This document shows, piece by piece, positions 30,990 to 40,773 of a stretch of 64,000 nucleotides of DNA (the first letter of the stretch is position 1; each line of letters starts with the position of its first letter). The DNA comes from an uncultured Nitrospiraceae bacterium (GTDB taxonomy: Bacteria > Nitrospirota > Thermodesulfovibrionia > Thermodesulfovibrionales > SM23-35). Where the stretch lies: contig CAVSHB010000002.1 of NCBI GenBank assembly GCA_963727775.1, positions 239,428 through 303,427 of the forward strand, read 5' to 3'. Position numbers and translations under genes: made by a program. The notes under the pieces were generated by a model. The model saw nothing but the letters and a program-made list of their open reading frames with translations, was not told where the DNA came from and made no database searches.

Positions 30990-33011
30990 TTATGAATCTG
31001 TTGATTTCTTGATATCAGTCTTGCCCTCAGAATCAATCTTCATACCAGTGAGTGCAATAGCCTGCGTAAGAACTGTCGCGAGCCCTTCAGATGCACCGCC
31101 ACTTCCGATCGTAAGAATATCAGGCATAATCTTAATCTTACCTGCAGAGATATGTTTTGCGAGCTCGATAGCCATAATAGCCTGTGGCCCGATGGCTGTC
31201 TTCTGCTTTTCGTAGGCTTCTGCGGTAGCCGTACCGATTGATTCGATTGCCCTGGCATCACCTTCGCCCTTCAATTTTGCGCTTTCCGCATTACCTTCGG
31301 CAAGTGTAACTGTTTCTCTTTTCTTCTGGTCGGCAACTTTGACGGCGATCTCGGCCCGAACAAGTTCCGGCTGTTGGTCGGCAGTGGCCTTTGTCTTTTC
31401 CATCTCAATTCTTGTAACTTCAGCCTTCTGCTGTTCCTTGTATTGTTCAGTCTGTTGCTGTGCAATAATTTTCTTTGTCTGTGTATCCATCAGCTCCTGG
31501 GGAAGTTTAATTTGACAAATGAGGACCGACACGCACTCAACATGATATTTTTCAAGTTCCAGCCGGGCCCTTGTTTCAGCCTTTGTCTGTTCTTCTTGTC
31601 TGTCCTGCATAAAGTTCATGGCTGAAGTGGTAGAAGCCTGATTTCTGAAGCTGGAATCAATCATTGGGTGAATAACGTGAAGAATGAGATTGTCAATCGA
31701 ACCGACTTTCGCCACCATATAGGGAGCTTGGTCCGGTCTGACTCTTACAACTACCTTAACGGATACTCCAATAGGGAACCCGTCTTTTGAAATAACACTC
31801 AATGGGTCAAACCTTGTCTCTTTTGCATCATCCCAGTCTATCGTTATGTTTGTTGTGTCGATGATATATGGCATAAAGGCTAATCTGTTAAGATAGTATT
31901 TGCCGGGGCCGGCCACTTCTTCCTGGATGCCCCGATATCCTTTGGGAACCACATATTTCTCTTTGCCTTCTTCTTCGGTCGCCCCCATTTGAGTTGAGCC
32001 GAGTCTTCTCTTCATTTCAGATGTTGGCTCTTCACCCACATTTGAAACGACAACTGCAACCTGTCCACGCTCAACAACTGCAACGTCATCAAACGCAACA
32101 TTAAACATTAACGGGTTTATATAATATGTACCGGGCTTTAGAACATCAAGCTGAGGTCCACGCTGGCCGCCGCCTTTAAGGAATGAATTGGCATCCTGAA
32201 AATCGGAGTGTCCGGCGACTGACTTGGCAACATATTCTTTGTCAGGAAGCGGATCACCATCCTTGGCGATAACCAAACCGACTTTTGCAGACTCAATCAC
32301 TGCGGCTGGCTCAGTTGCCACCTGGAATAAATGAGTGTTGATACGATAAGTCCCTGGGAGAAGGATATCGATCTGTGGGCCTTTTTGCCCGCCATTCGCA
32401 AGAAACTTTTCACCAGCTTCAAAGTTATGATGGTCAGGCACACTTACTGCCAACAGTCTACCGGCAGCTATAGGATTGCCATCCTGCGATGTAACAACTC
32501 CCACCTGACCTTTTTCGATAACAACTGCCTGAGCAATTGATACCTTAAAGAGGTATGGATTTATTCTGTATTTACCAGGCGGGAGGATGTCAATCTGCGG
32601 ACCTTTCTGCCCCCCGTTTTGTAAGAACGCCTCCCCATCCTGAAAAGAATTATGACCCTGTACCACCTTTGCAAATATTTTACCGGGAGGGATTGCGCTG
32701 CCATCGACTGATTCGATAAGACCGACCTGCCCGTCCATAATCTCTACAAACTCGCTCTTTTTTGCAGTATAAATAAACGGAATAAGAAAATGCATTCCCG
32801 GCCCCAGCGTCCTTGCCTGAATCCCGACTTCGTTGTTCATGGCAACGACCCTGCCCTGTGGCATCTTCCTGCCAAACCATCTCCGTTCAATAAGGGCAAT
32901 CTCTTTACCACCGACAATAACAACTGATTGATATGCCAGGATTAAGGCGATAAATCCTATAATTATTCCCCCTACTGAAAGCACGCCGATCAAATGCGAA
33001 AGAATTTCCAT
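30990..33011 (-). CDS. flotillin-like SPFH/band-7 domain protein (673 aa) with internally repeated N-terminal segments
   Basis: N-terminal TM. Repeated GxxxxxQNGGQKGPQIDILxPGxYRINxxLF blocks. C-terminal flotillin-type coiled-coil (EQ-rich). Confidence 0.7.
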   Translation of the reverse strand: MEILSHLIGVLSVGGIIIGFIALILAYQSVVIVGGKEIALIERRWFGRKMPQGRVVAMNNEVGIQARTLGPGMHFLIPFIYTAKKSEFVEIMDGQVGLIESVDGSAIPPGKIFAKVVQGHNSFQDGEAFLQNGGQKGPQIDILPPGKYRINPYLFKVSIAQAVVIEKGQVGVVTSQDGNPIAAGRLLAVSVPDHHNFEAGEKFLANGGQKGPQIDILLPGTYRINTHLFQVATEPAAVIESAKVGLVIAKDGDPLPDKEYVAKSVAGHSDFQDANSFLKGGGQRGPQLDVLKPGTYYINPLMFNVAFDDVAVVERGQVAVVVSNVGEEPTSEMKRRLGSTQMGATEEEGKEKYVVPKGYRGIQEEVAGPGKYYLNRLAFMPYIIDTTNITIDWDDAKETRFDPLSVISKDGFPIGVSVKVVVRVRPDQAPYMVAKVGSIDNLILHVIHPMIDSSFRNQASTTSAMNFMQDRQEEQTKAETRARLELEKYHVECVSVLICQIKLPQELMDTQTKKIIAQQQTEQYKEQQKAEVTRIEMEKTKATADQQPELVRAEIAVKVADQKKRETVTLAEGNAESAKLKGEGDARAIESIGTATAEAYEKQKTAIGPQAIMAIELAKHISAGKIKIMPDILTIGSGGASEGLATVLTQAIALTGMKIDSEGKTDIKKSTDS

Positions 33012-33085
33012 GTAACCTCCATTTTTATTGGTTTCCTTTAGCTTTGTTGCTTATCATTAATTTATCATGATTCATATTTAATTCC

Positions 33086-33146
33086 GGTTGTACTGAGCAT
33101 AATTATATCAGGTTTCCCTACAGTGGGTTTCAGGAAGAAGCAAAGA
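33086..33146 (+). repeat. 65-bp module-spacer repeat, copy R5
   Basis: GGTTGTACTGAGCATAATTATATCAGGTTTC..GGTTTCAGGAAGAAGC. Confidence 0.8.
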
Positions 33147-33151
33147 ATCTA

Positions 33152-33334
33152 TTATTTGAGCCCGATCTTTTTCCAAAACATAAGTCCAGGGCAAATTCCT
33201 GTTATCCCTGCAAGGGTAAATAAGCCAACTAGAATATAAAGGAACCAATGAACCTTATCAAAACCTGTTAACCATATCCCTATAAAAATCAAGAAAGCGA
33301 CTGTTATAAATTGTGCTCTCAGAGCTGAAGACAT
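33152..33334 (-). CDS. DUF2892-type small membrane protein (YgaP-like, GxCP motif)
   Basis: 60 aa; two TM helices; GICPG motif. Confidence 0.5.
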   Translation of the reverse strand: MSSALRAQFITVAFLIFIGIWLTGFDKVHWFLYILVGLFTLAGITGICPGLMFWKKIGLK

Positions 33335-33359
33335 AGTAAGCCTCCTTTGTTATTTTCCT

Positions 33360-33406
33360 TTTGTACTCAAAACAATTATATCAGGTCTTCGAGTAGTGGA
33401 CTACAG
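33360..33406 (+). repeat. 65-bp repeat copy R6, left half (split by IS110-family insertion)
   Basis: TTGTACTCAAAACAATTATATCAGGTCTTC..GGACTACAG ends exactly at the IS junction. Confidence 0.7.
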
Positions 33407-33971
33407 CTTGCTATATTGTAGTTAATGATGAGATCGATATATCTTCCAGGTAAGAATTGTTTATCCGGCAAAGGAAAGAAGGAGGAGATATTTATGAAAG
33501 GGTTACGGACGAAAAGAGTAAACATGATAAAGGAAGGGGCATTGATAGTAGCGATAGACATTGGTATGGCAAGTAACCATGGGTGCTGTGTGGCAGCAGA
33601 CGGGAGGAGCACCAAGACATTCAAGTTTGATAATACAAGAGAAGGACTTGATAGATTGTGGAACATGGTACTTGCGAGCAAAACCAGATTTCAATGCAAT
33701 GAGGTCATTATAGGATATGAGTCAACCGGACCTTATGGAGAGCCGTTGGTTCACTATCTCAAGCAGAAACCAGCAACGATCGTACAAGTAAACCCACTGC
33801 ACACGAAGAGGATGAGAGAGATCAATGACAACTCTCCATTAAAGACTGATCGTAAGGATCCCCGGGTAATCGCGGATGTCATACGGATAGGGCACGCCTT
33901 AAGCGTCGTGGTCCCAGAAGGTGCTGCCGCCTATTTGAGAAGAATAAATAATGCACGGGAGAGACATATTA

Positions 33972-35592
33972 ACCCGAAAAATGCGTTTGCTATAGGCATA
34001 CCTATAGAGTCAAGCCTATCAAGGCATTGGCTGATTTGTCGATATAAAAGCTAATACTGATGCTGTTTCTTGTTCCACCTCCTGAAAATTATGTTCTTTT
34101 TATCTAAATGCAGTGCAATTACCAAAACTGGGGGGAAAGTATTGTCCCACGCGGTTAAAGAGGTAGCGCAGTTTTGATCGTACTTTCTGCGTAAAGACAG
34201 AAATCCGCAATACAGGTTTCCTTCCATCCCATCCTAATTGGGCTGGAAGGACAAGATACTTGTACCGTAAGGTTTTCAAACGTTCTGTCTTTTCTTTTTG
34301 ACCGAGTATCTGATGCCTGAACAGGACAAACAGATTGTAGATGAATACCCGAATAAGCATAGCCGCCTCCGTTGAGTAGAAATACTTCATCGAGAACCCG
34401 CCGAGTGCAAAATCCTCTTTCAGTTCCTTGATGGTATTCTCATCGTTCGCCCTATGCCTGCATTGCTTCCATACCTCATATGTAGAATCATGTGAATTGG
34501 TTATCCATACGCTATAACGATAATGCCCTGTATCAAACTCATCTCCGAAAAGAGACAACTCTTTTCCCATCGCGTGCGGTCTCTTCTTGACATCCTGGCG
34601 CACTGCAATAAACCTCCTGTCGATTATCCACTCTACATGCTGGAAGAAGAACTCAGTGATCCATATCCCTTCTTCTACCTGTGCCCAGTTTTGTTGTGCG
34701 TAGATTATCCTCTGCAGCGGACGATATAGGCGAGCAGCTATGATATATACTAATTCTCTCTTCTCAAGCAGTTCGATGAACTCCCTAAGATAAAATCCAC
34801 TGTCTGCAATAATGCCCTTGATATCGATATGACCGTTGATCCTCTGCCATGTGGATTCAAAAAATCCAATAATGTTGTTCCATGACATCACGTTGCCGGG
34901 GCGGTTCCAAAGATTTATCACATACTTGTTTCTGTTAAGAAATGCCAGAAGCGGGCTGTGGCTACCACGGCCCTTCTTCTTCGGGTTATATCCCCTCTTG
35001 ACTCCCTCCTGTTTTCCGTATCGCTCAAGGACTGTAGAATCGAACGTCAACCAGTCCTCTTTGAGCTCTTTCCAGGGGATCAATCTCTTCAAGTATCCCC
35101 ATAATCCCTCCGACATCTCTTCCACTTCCTTCAGTTTTCTGATCTTCCTGAAAAGCCTGCCCAATGTCGTCGAGGCGATAGGAAGCCTCTTCACTGCAAA
35201 AAGATCGGTGAAAATCTCCTGCCAACCAAGATAAAGTAGATGAGAAAACCTGCTGCCTCCCGCATAGATCAGAAGGATGTATGCCAATACCTTGCTGTAT
35301 ATCCCCATTCCATTGGGTGAACTCTCATGGATCGGAATCACCTCTTGCAAAATTCCTCTCAATTTGATCTTTTCAAAAAATGCAGCCAATAAACTGAATC
35401 CCCCATATGCCGTCATCTTCTTCTCCGTAAATCCAATCCTTACTTTATTTATTTCGATCTTTGTGCTACATTTTGACTGCATATTTCTATTCTCCTTTCG
35501 TTTAGAGTTGATGGTCGGGTAAACCTATTGATTCTAATACGAAAGGAGAATTTCTTCGGGGATATTATTTTAGGTCAACTGCACTTTTTGGG
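33972..35592 (-). mobile_element. IS1380-family insertion sequence (copy B), 1621 bp, TSD TTAA
   Basis: TTAA at 33968-33971 and 35593-35596. IRs CCCGAAAAATGCG / CACTTTTTGGG. Confidence 0.7.
34100..35482 (-). CDS. IS1380/IS4-type DDE transposase
   Basis: 460 aa; GYNPKKKGRGSHSP...HRANDENTIKELKEDF motifs. Confidence 0.8.
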   Translation of the reverse strand: MQSKCSTKIEINKVRIGFTEKKMTAYGGFSLLAAFFEKIKLRGILQEVIPIHESSPNGMGIYSKVLAYILLIYAGGSRFSHLLYLGWQEIFTDLFAVKRLPIASTTLGRLFRKIRKLKEVEEMSEGLWGYLKRLIPWKELKEDWLTFDSTVLERYGKQEGVKRGYNPKKKGRGSHSPLLAFLNRNKYVINLWNRPGNVMSWNNIIGFFESTWQRINGHIDIKGIIADSGFYLREFIELLEKRELVYIIAARLYRPLQRIIYAQQNWAQVEEGIWITEFFFQHVEWIIDRRFIAVRQDVKKRPHAMGKELSLFGDEFDTGHYRYSVWITNSHDSTYEVWKQCRHRANDENTIKELKEDFALGGFSMKYFYSTEAAMLIRVFIYNLFVLFRHQILGQKEKTERLKTLRYKYLVLPAQLGWDGRKPVLRISVFTQKVRSKLRYLFNRVGQYFPPSFGNCTAFR

Positions 35593-36383
35593 TTAAAGAG
35601 CGGACCGCTCTTCTCAACCAATTACGGCAGTTTGTGTTTCTCATATTCCCAGAATTTGGCCGAATAATAAAGACGATATTCTGCAAAACATCCTTACATA
35701 TACTCAAGAAATATACGACACCGGCAAAGGTATGCAGCGTAAATATAGAGAAACTTGGAGGGGAAATGAGGAGATGTAGCATGGGCAAATTCGGGGTAGA
35801 ACATGCTACGGCGCTGATCAATTATGCAAAGACCACCATCGGTATTCAAGAAGGGTTGGACGGATTAGTTATGGATATACAGCACGCCCTCGTCCAGCTG
35901 GAGATGGTCGATAGTCTCATAGCGGAACTGGAGCACGAGATGGAGACAACCCTACAGCGCATACCCTACAGTCGCAAACTCCTGTCAATCAAAGGGCTCG
36001 GGATAGTAACGGTAGCAGGGCTTATTGGTGAGATAGGCGACTTTACAAAGTTTAAAACGCAGTCTGAGATAGCGAAGCTTGCCGGTCTTGACCTGTACGA
36101 AGTAAGCTCCGGGAAAAGACAAGGACAGAGGAGGATATCAAAGAGGGGCAGAAGCCTGTTACGGAAAATACTGTATTATGCCGCCATGCAGACAATCAGA
36201 AAGAACGGCATTATGCATGAGTACTACCAAAGACTGATAGGCCGGGGCATGAAAAGTATCATGGCGCTCGTTGCAGTATCCAGGAAACTATTGAGGATCA
36301 TATTTGCAATTGTAAGGGATGACACTGAATTCATAATGAATCATGAAGCTCAGAGAAAGGAGGAGATGAGAAAGGCCGCTTAG

Positions 36384-36636
36384 AGTTATAATTCACGTAG
36401 GCGGGGAGATTATCGTTTTCTTCCTTTAAGGCGCAATGCGACCTTCGACTACAGAATACATAACTCCCCGTCGACATTCTAACTCCAATTAAGCAAGGTA
36501 AAAGCGTTCAATACGACTTTCAAATTACAAGGGTTGGGTAGGATGTCACATACAAGATGGGGGATAACCGTCTACGAGAATAGATATTTCTATCTAAGTC
36601 CACATATAAAAATATATCTTGACTGGAATAAACAAG
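36384..36636 (+). ncRNA. candidate IS110-family bridge RNA / seekRNA (3' structured non-coding region of element A)
   Basis: Conserved with element B: GGCGGGGAGATTA...CGACCTTC[variable]TAACTCCCCG...TTAAGCAAGGT. The variable segment GACTACAG equals the left target flank GGACTACAG. Confidence 0.55.
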
Positions 36637-36650
36637 GAAGGAAGCTTGCC
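36637..36650 (+). repeat. 65-bp repeat copy R6, right half (GAAGGAAGCTTGCC)
   Basis: Directly follows the IS110 element A right end. Confidence 0.65.
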
Positions 36651-36661
36651 TATGATTCTGC

Positions 36662-37030
36662 TCAAAACTCATATCCTCTCTTCACCCAATAATGCCAGTC
36701 GGCAACGGCTTCTAGGGTTTGCTCATCTGCTTTCGATACTTTGAGCTGGCGCAATGGAACTGCCAAAGATCGTTTTTGCCAGCTGATCATGACAAACATA
36801 TCATGCTCACACTCCGTTTCCGGGGCCATCTTTGTTACTTCTACTTCCTCACCGATAAGAAGTGGCGATGTTTTTCTTGTAGCAATACACTTCGCTTTGA
36901 ATGGAAATCTCAGTTTGTCTTCGAGGTAATAATACCATCCCAGTGAACGCTCTTCCTCGTTGTAAGCGTCAACGACAATTTCCATGAGAATGCGGTCTTC
37001 TCTAATCTCATCTTCTTTGATTCTCGACAT
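36662..37030 (-). CDS. hypothetical protein
   Basis: 122 aa ORF between repeats R6 and R7. Confidence 0.45.
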   Translation of the reverse strand: MSRIKEDEIREDRILMEIVVDAYNEEERSLGWYYYLEDKLRFPFKAKCIATRKTSPLLIGEEVEVTKMAPETECEHDMFVMISWQKRSLAVPLRQLKVSKADEQTLEAVADWHYWVKRGYEF

Positions 37031-37111
37031 ATTTTGTATAGAATGAAACGCCTCGTTAATAATTGCTCCTTGCTTTTAAGACGCACTTTTGAGTGCCGAT
37101 GGTCTTTCCGC

Positions 37112-37172
37112 AACAATTCCATTCGTACTCAACAGGATTATAGCAAATTCCAACATGCAAGATTTCAGGAAG
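37112..37172 (+). repeat. 65-bp module-spacer repeat, copy R7
   Basis: TTCGTACTCAACAGGATTATAGCAAATTCC..GATTTCAGGAAGGATTGTTGCC. Confidence 0.75.
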
Positions 37173-37360
37173 GATTGTTGCCTCTCCGCTTTGAGTCCGG
37201 TATCATACGTCTTTCGCCACGGAAGAAAAATGGATCTTTTGGTTCTGCCACCTATAATTACGCGGAGGCGACAAAACGTAAAAAGTATTGATTAAAAGTA
37301 AACGGGTAACATGAGCGTCACCCGGAGCGGGCTTTTTTCGCGATTGGGTATACGTACTTG

Positions 37361-37732
37361 TTATGTTTCTGCCTTTGATTCCCAGCCGTAATGCCCGAAA
37401 CCATCTGTTTGATCCTCATGGGCCGGGTTGTCCTCAATACCCGCTGAATATACTGCCACTCGTCCCTCATAAACGTCCGAGACTATGTCAGACACATCAC
37501 GGTAACCGGCCTTCTGTAGTTTCATTGTCATCTCGTTGAAGACTTCGTCATCAGCCCAACCAGTTTTGTTCCGGAGATGCTTGATCTCTTTGATACACCT
37601 CCTGACATCCATGCGCCAGCCTTCCACGGACTTGTTGTGATGGATGAACGTGAGGTGGTCCGATCCTAACCGCAAATCAAATAGCCGGATACCTTGTCGT
37701 GCCAATAACTCATGCAATTTTTTATCATCCAC
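37361..37732 (-). CDS. hypothetical protein
   Basis: 123 aa ORF between R7 and R8. Confidence 0.45.
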   Translation of the reverse strand: MDDKKLHELLARQGIRLFDLRLGSDHLTFIHHNKSVEGWRMDVRRCIKEIKHLRNKTGWADDEVFNEMTMKLQKAGYRDVSDIVSDVYEGRVAVYSAGIEDNPAHEDQTDGFGHYGWESKAET

Positions 37733-37770
37733 TTGACCTTCATCTCCTGTCCATAATATTTATTGATTAC

Positions 37771-37838
37771 CGGTTATACTAAGCACAATTATATCAGGTT
37801 TCAATCTTGCCGGTTTCAGGAAGGAAGCTTGCGCATGG
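37771..37838 (+). repeat. 65-bp module-spacer repeat, copy R8 (near-consensus)
   Basis: CGGTTATACTAAGCACAATTATATCAGGTTTC..CGGTTTCAGGAAGGAAGCTTGCGCATGG. Confidence 0.85.
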
Positions 37839-37866
37839 TATAAATAAGAGCGACCAGATTTCTTTA

Positions 37867-38274
37867 TTAATGGAGACCGTTCTCATTGAAATGTTTTGAA
37901 TACTTCTTGTCAGTTCCAAGGATGTGACTTTGAAGCCAGTCTTTGAGAAAATTCAATATTTCCAACGTGAGAACGAAACCTGATTTTTCTAGCCGCTCTT
38001 TTAAGTCAAGGGCTTTCACTGCGAATTTATCGTGTTCAATCTTATGAGATGGATAACTCGCAAAGTTGAACTTCCGCATATACTTTTCTTCTGTTTCAAA
38101 ATGAGTTTTTGCATAATTAACCATCTTGTTAATTATTTCTTTCTGTGCCTCACGGCCCTTATCTGAAAGCAATGCATCATGTAAAGTATTAACCATTTCA
38201 ACCAACGTTTTATGTTGATTATCAATTTCTTTCACATTAACACTGAAACTATCCGACCACTGGAAAATAGCCAT
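37867..38274 (-). CDS. bacteriohemerythrin
   Basis: [25 protein letters not shown]...H..H..E..H iron ligands. Confidence 0.75.
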   Translation of the reverse strand: MAIFQWSDSFSVNVKEIDNQHKTLVEMVNTLHDALLSDKGREAQKEIINKMVNYAKTHFETEEKYMRKFNFASYPSHKIEHDKFAVKALDLKERLEKSGFVLTLEILNFLKDWLQSHILGTDKKYSKHFNENGLH

Positions 38275-38437
38275 GTATACGTTCCTCCTTTTTTATTTTA
38301 TCTATCTAACATTATGCCAACTTGGTATTTCTCGATTTCTTGAAATAATATAGCATAGTAAGGAATTACTTGAAAAAGAAAATTACAGAGAAATTTATAA
38401 TAAACATCAAGATGTCCGATGAGAGTTCCTATTAATT

Positions 38438-38502
38438 TGCAAGAGTACTTAACAGCCTCAGCTCGATACTCCCCGCGTTTAGTACAGGAAGGATGCTTGC
38501 CT
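38438..38502 (+). repeat. 65-bp module-spacer repeat, divergent copy R9
   Basis: GAGTACTTAACAGCC...GTTTAGTACAGGAAGGATGCTTGCC. Confidence 0.55.
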
Positions 38503-38656
38503 TTCAGAAATATTCGAAATACTTTCAAAAAGTCTACGTGATGGATAAATCTCCTCGGGTAGTAAGCTTCATCCCGAAGTTTTCATGGGAGGTGCTCACA
38601 AATTTCCCACACTTTCTTTTGATATTTCGCAGCTAATCTTCAACTAGTTGGAACAA

Positions 38657-40573
38657 TTAAGACTTACCTTGGGTCACGCTTGCTATTTTGGTTTTTTTCT
38701 TGATGACGATCTTGTCGGTTGTTAATTTGGATATGTCATCAAGAAATTGCTGTACTTTTTGATATTCTCCGACAGGGATCCGCACCCGTTTATAACGGAT
38801 AATTTCTTTAGCTATGATTTTACTACCTTGAGTGCTATAGTTGCGAGTGTAGGTACCAAAGGCAGTATCTATAGATATTATGATAGGGACGCTAACAGTT
38901 TCATATCCGTCGGGGATACAGAAGTCAATCGTGTTTTCCATCCGAGATTCCTGAGAAACGATTATCGGATACCGTCTCTTGGGCGCTGTAAATAGCTTCC
39001 CTCGTTTAATCGGAGGTAATCCGAACAGCATCATGTCACCGGCCTTCTGGACTATAGTTGGGTCGTCGAATTTCATGGCAAGGGTCATCTGTGAGTATGG
39101 TACATTTTCATTTATCAAATCCGCTTTGAACACGGTTCCGCCTTCTGCTATCGATTTCCCCAATGCAGCCAAAAATTTTTCCCTATCGTCACTGCCGTGG
39201 GCCTTCAATCCCTCGCGCATTATAACAGACCAACTTCGGGGGAAAGTCACCGTCAGATCCACGGAAACGGGAACATCCTCCTTCACTAACACCTTTCCGT
39301 TAATTATCGTTGCCACTTCGCTATCATCCGTGAGTGGTATGGTCGCAAACTCCCCGCCTTGCTCGTTTACAATGAAGGCTCCTTTGCCGGCCAGGGTGGG
39401 CGGTATTTGCTGTACAGGATATCCCTTGAACAACATGTCAGTGTAATATTTCTTTCCTTCAAGATCGAAAGTTAAAATTACATGATCGAAGTAAAAGGGC
39501 ATTGGCAATAGATCTCTGCGATTAAGTTCCGATTGGGTAGACAAAAAGACCGGCCTCGCCTTGATGCCAATTTCGGACAGAATAGCAATTGCCAGTATCG
39601 TTTGGTCTTTACAATCACCATATTTGTTTGAAAAAATCTGATCTGCCGGATGAGGTTCAAAGCCGTGAAACTCTATATGCATCGCCACATACCGGACATT
39701 GTCCTGGATATATTGGATTACAGCCTGTATTTTTTCGGGTACTGTTTTTTTATCAAAAGTAAGTTCTGTAGCTTTTTTCTTCATTTCTGTCGAAACCTTG
39801 ATATTCTTATCAAACAATGGCCACACCCAGGCAGACAACTGCTTCCAATTATCCAATGTCGAAACCGTCAATCTTTTATAGCGTTCTTCCGGGGAGGGCA
39901 TGTTTTGTTCATCTTCGTCCTTATCGAAATTGTCTCCGCGCCATATATAGGTCACCTCATTTTCGGACATTAATACTGTCGGCTTGATCTCGTTATTTAG
40001 GTTCTTGAAATTCAGCTTCATGTCTTTTGGTGCGGTAATCGTATATCGCGCTTCCTTGACAGGACAGAAACACGAGAAACGGAAACTGTCATAGAAGCTG
40101 TTCTCAATAATCGGTTTCTTCGTCACGATTGTCGCCTTCCACTCGATCACGCTTCCGACGACTACATTCGGCATTGTAATTACCTTGATCCGATTATCGC
40201 TGTAAATACCAGAACTCCCGGCAGGGTTGATTTCCTGAATTTTTTCATATTGCCGCTTAGTACCATCAGGCATAATGATGTATGCTTCCAAATCTTTTAT
40301 TTCTTGGCGGCTCTGGTCATAATCTACCGTTATTTCCCCACGGTCTTTTCCAGCCTCATGCTGAATCTTCTCGATAATATGAGTACTTTCTGTAAAGGAA
40401 TAATCTGCGTTGATTTTAATCGAAACTTCCTTGAGAACCGTTATGTAGGGTTCACTCTGGTAACGCTCCTCCCATGCATGATCATCCTCTGCTGCAAAAG
40501 ATATGGAAAACATGCAGAGTGTAAATATGACAATAATCCCTGCTAATTGTATTCCCGTCTTGTGTAAAGCCAT
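38657..40573 (-). CDS. secreted DUF3857-like plus transglutaminase-like (Cys protease core) protein
   Basis: Signal peptide; YGDCKDQTILAIAILSEIG transglutaminase-like catalytic Cys motif. Confidence 0.65.
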   Translation of the reverse strand: MALHKTGIQLAGIIVIFTLCMFSISFAAEDDHAWEERYQSEPYITVLKEVSIKINADYSFTESTHIIEKIQHEAGKDRGEITVDYDQSRQEIKDLEAYIIMPDGTKRQYEKIQEINPAGSSGIYSDNRIKVITMPNVVVGSVIEWKATIVTKKPIIENSFYDSFRFSCFCPVKEARYTITAPKDMKLNFKNLNNEIKPTVLMSENEVTYIWRGDNFDKDEDEQNMPSPEERYKRLTVSTLDNWKQLSAWVWPLFDKNIKVSTEMKKKATELTFDKKTVPEKIQAVIQYIQDNVRYVAMHIEFHGFEPHPADQIFSNKYGDCKDQTILAIAILSEIGIKARPVFLSTQSELNRRDLLPMPFYFDHVILTFDLEGKKYYTDMLFKGYPVQQIPPTLAGKGAFIVNEQGGEFATIPLTDDSEVATIINGKVLVKEDVPVSVDLTVTFPRSWSVIMREGLKAHGSDDREKFLAALGKSIAEGGTVFKADLINENVPYSQMTLAMKFDDPTIVQKAGDMMLFGLPPIKRGKLFTAPKRRYPIIVSQESRMENTIDFCIPDGYETVSVPIIISIDTAFGTYTRNYSTQGSKIIAKEIIRYKRVRIPVGEYQKVQQFLDDISKLTTDKIVIKKKTKIASVTQGKS

Positions 40574-40648
40574 ATACCATTCCTCCTTGGTATTTGATAA
40601 TTAACGGCTCCGCTCCATTATAGCAGATTCTTTTCCGCTAAAGATTTA

Positions 40649-40712
40649 CGGTTGTACTAAACATCATTATGTTAGAGTTCCATGGTGTTTAGAAGAGGAA
40701 GAATGGTTGCCT
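40649..40712 (+). repeat. 65-bp module-spacer repeat, copy R10
   Basis: CGGTTGTACTAAACATCATTATGTTAGAGTTCC..GTTTAGAAGAGGAAGAATGGTTGCC. Confidence 0.7.
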
Positions 40713-40773
40713 CACGCGCCTATGCATCCTTTGTCCTGGAATAAGCGTACCGTTCTATAAATGTCCTGTGAAC

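Larger units (their letters stand above)
33494..36383 (+). pseudogene. IS110-family (DEDD) transposase, interrupted after ...ARERHIN by the nested IS1380-like element; resumes at ...ERTALLNQL
   Basis: N-terminal part 33494-33971; C-terminal part 35597-36383. The two parts are colinear with the intact element B transposase (ARERSNERYVSLVNQL). Confidence 0.75.
33407..36636 (+). mobile_element. IS110-family element A (about 1.6 kb own sequence) carrying a nested IS1380-like element
   Basis: Left end CTTGCTATATTGTAG, shared with element B. Right end ...CTTGACTGGAATAAACAAG. Inserted in repeat R6 between ...CAG and GAAGG.... Confidence 0.7.
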
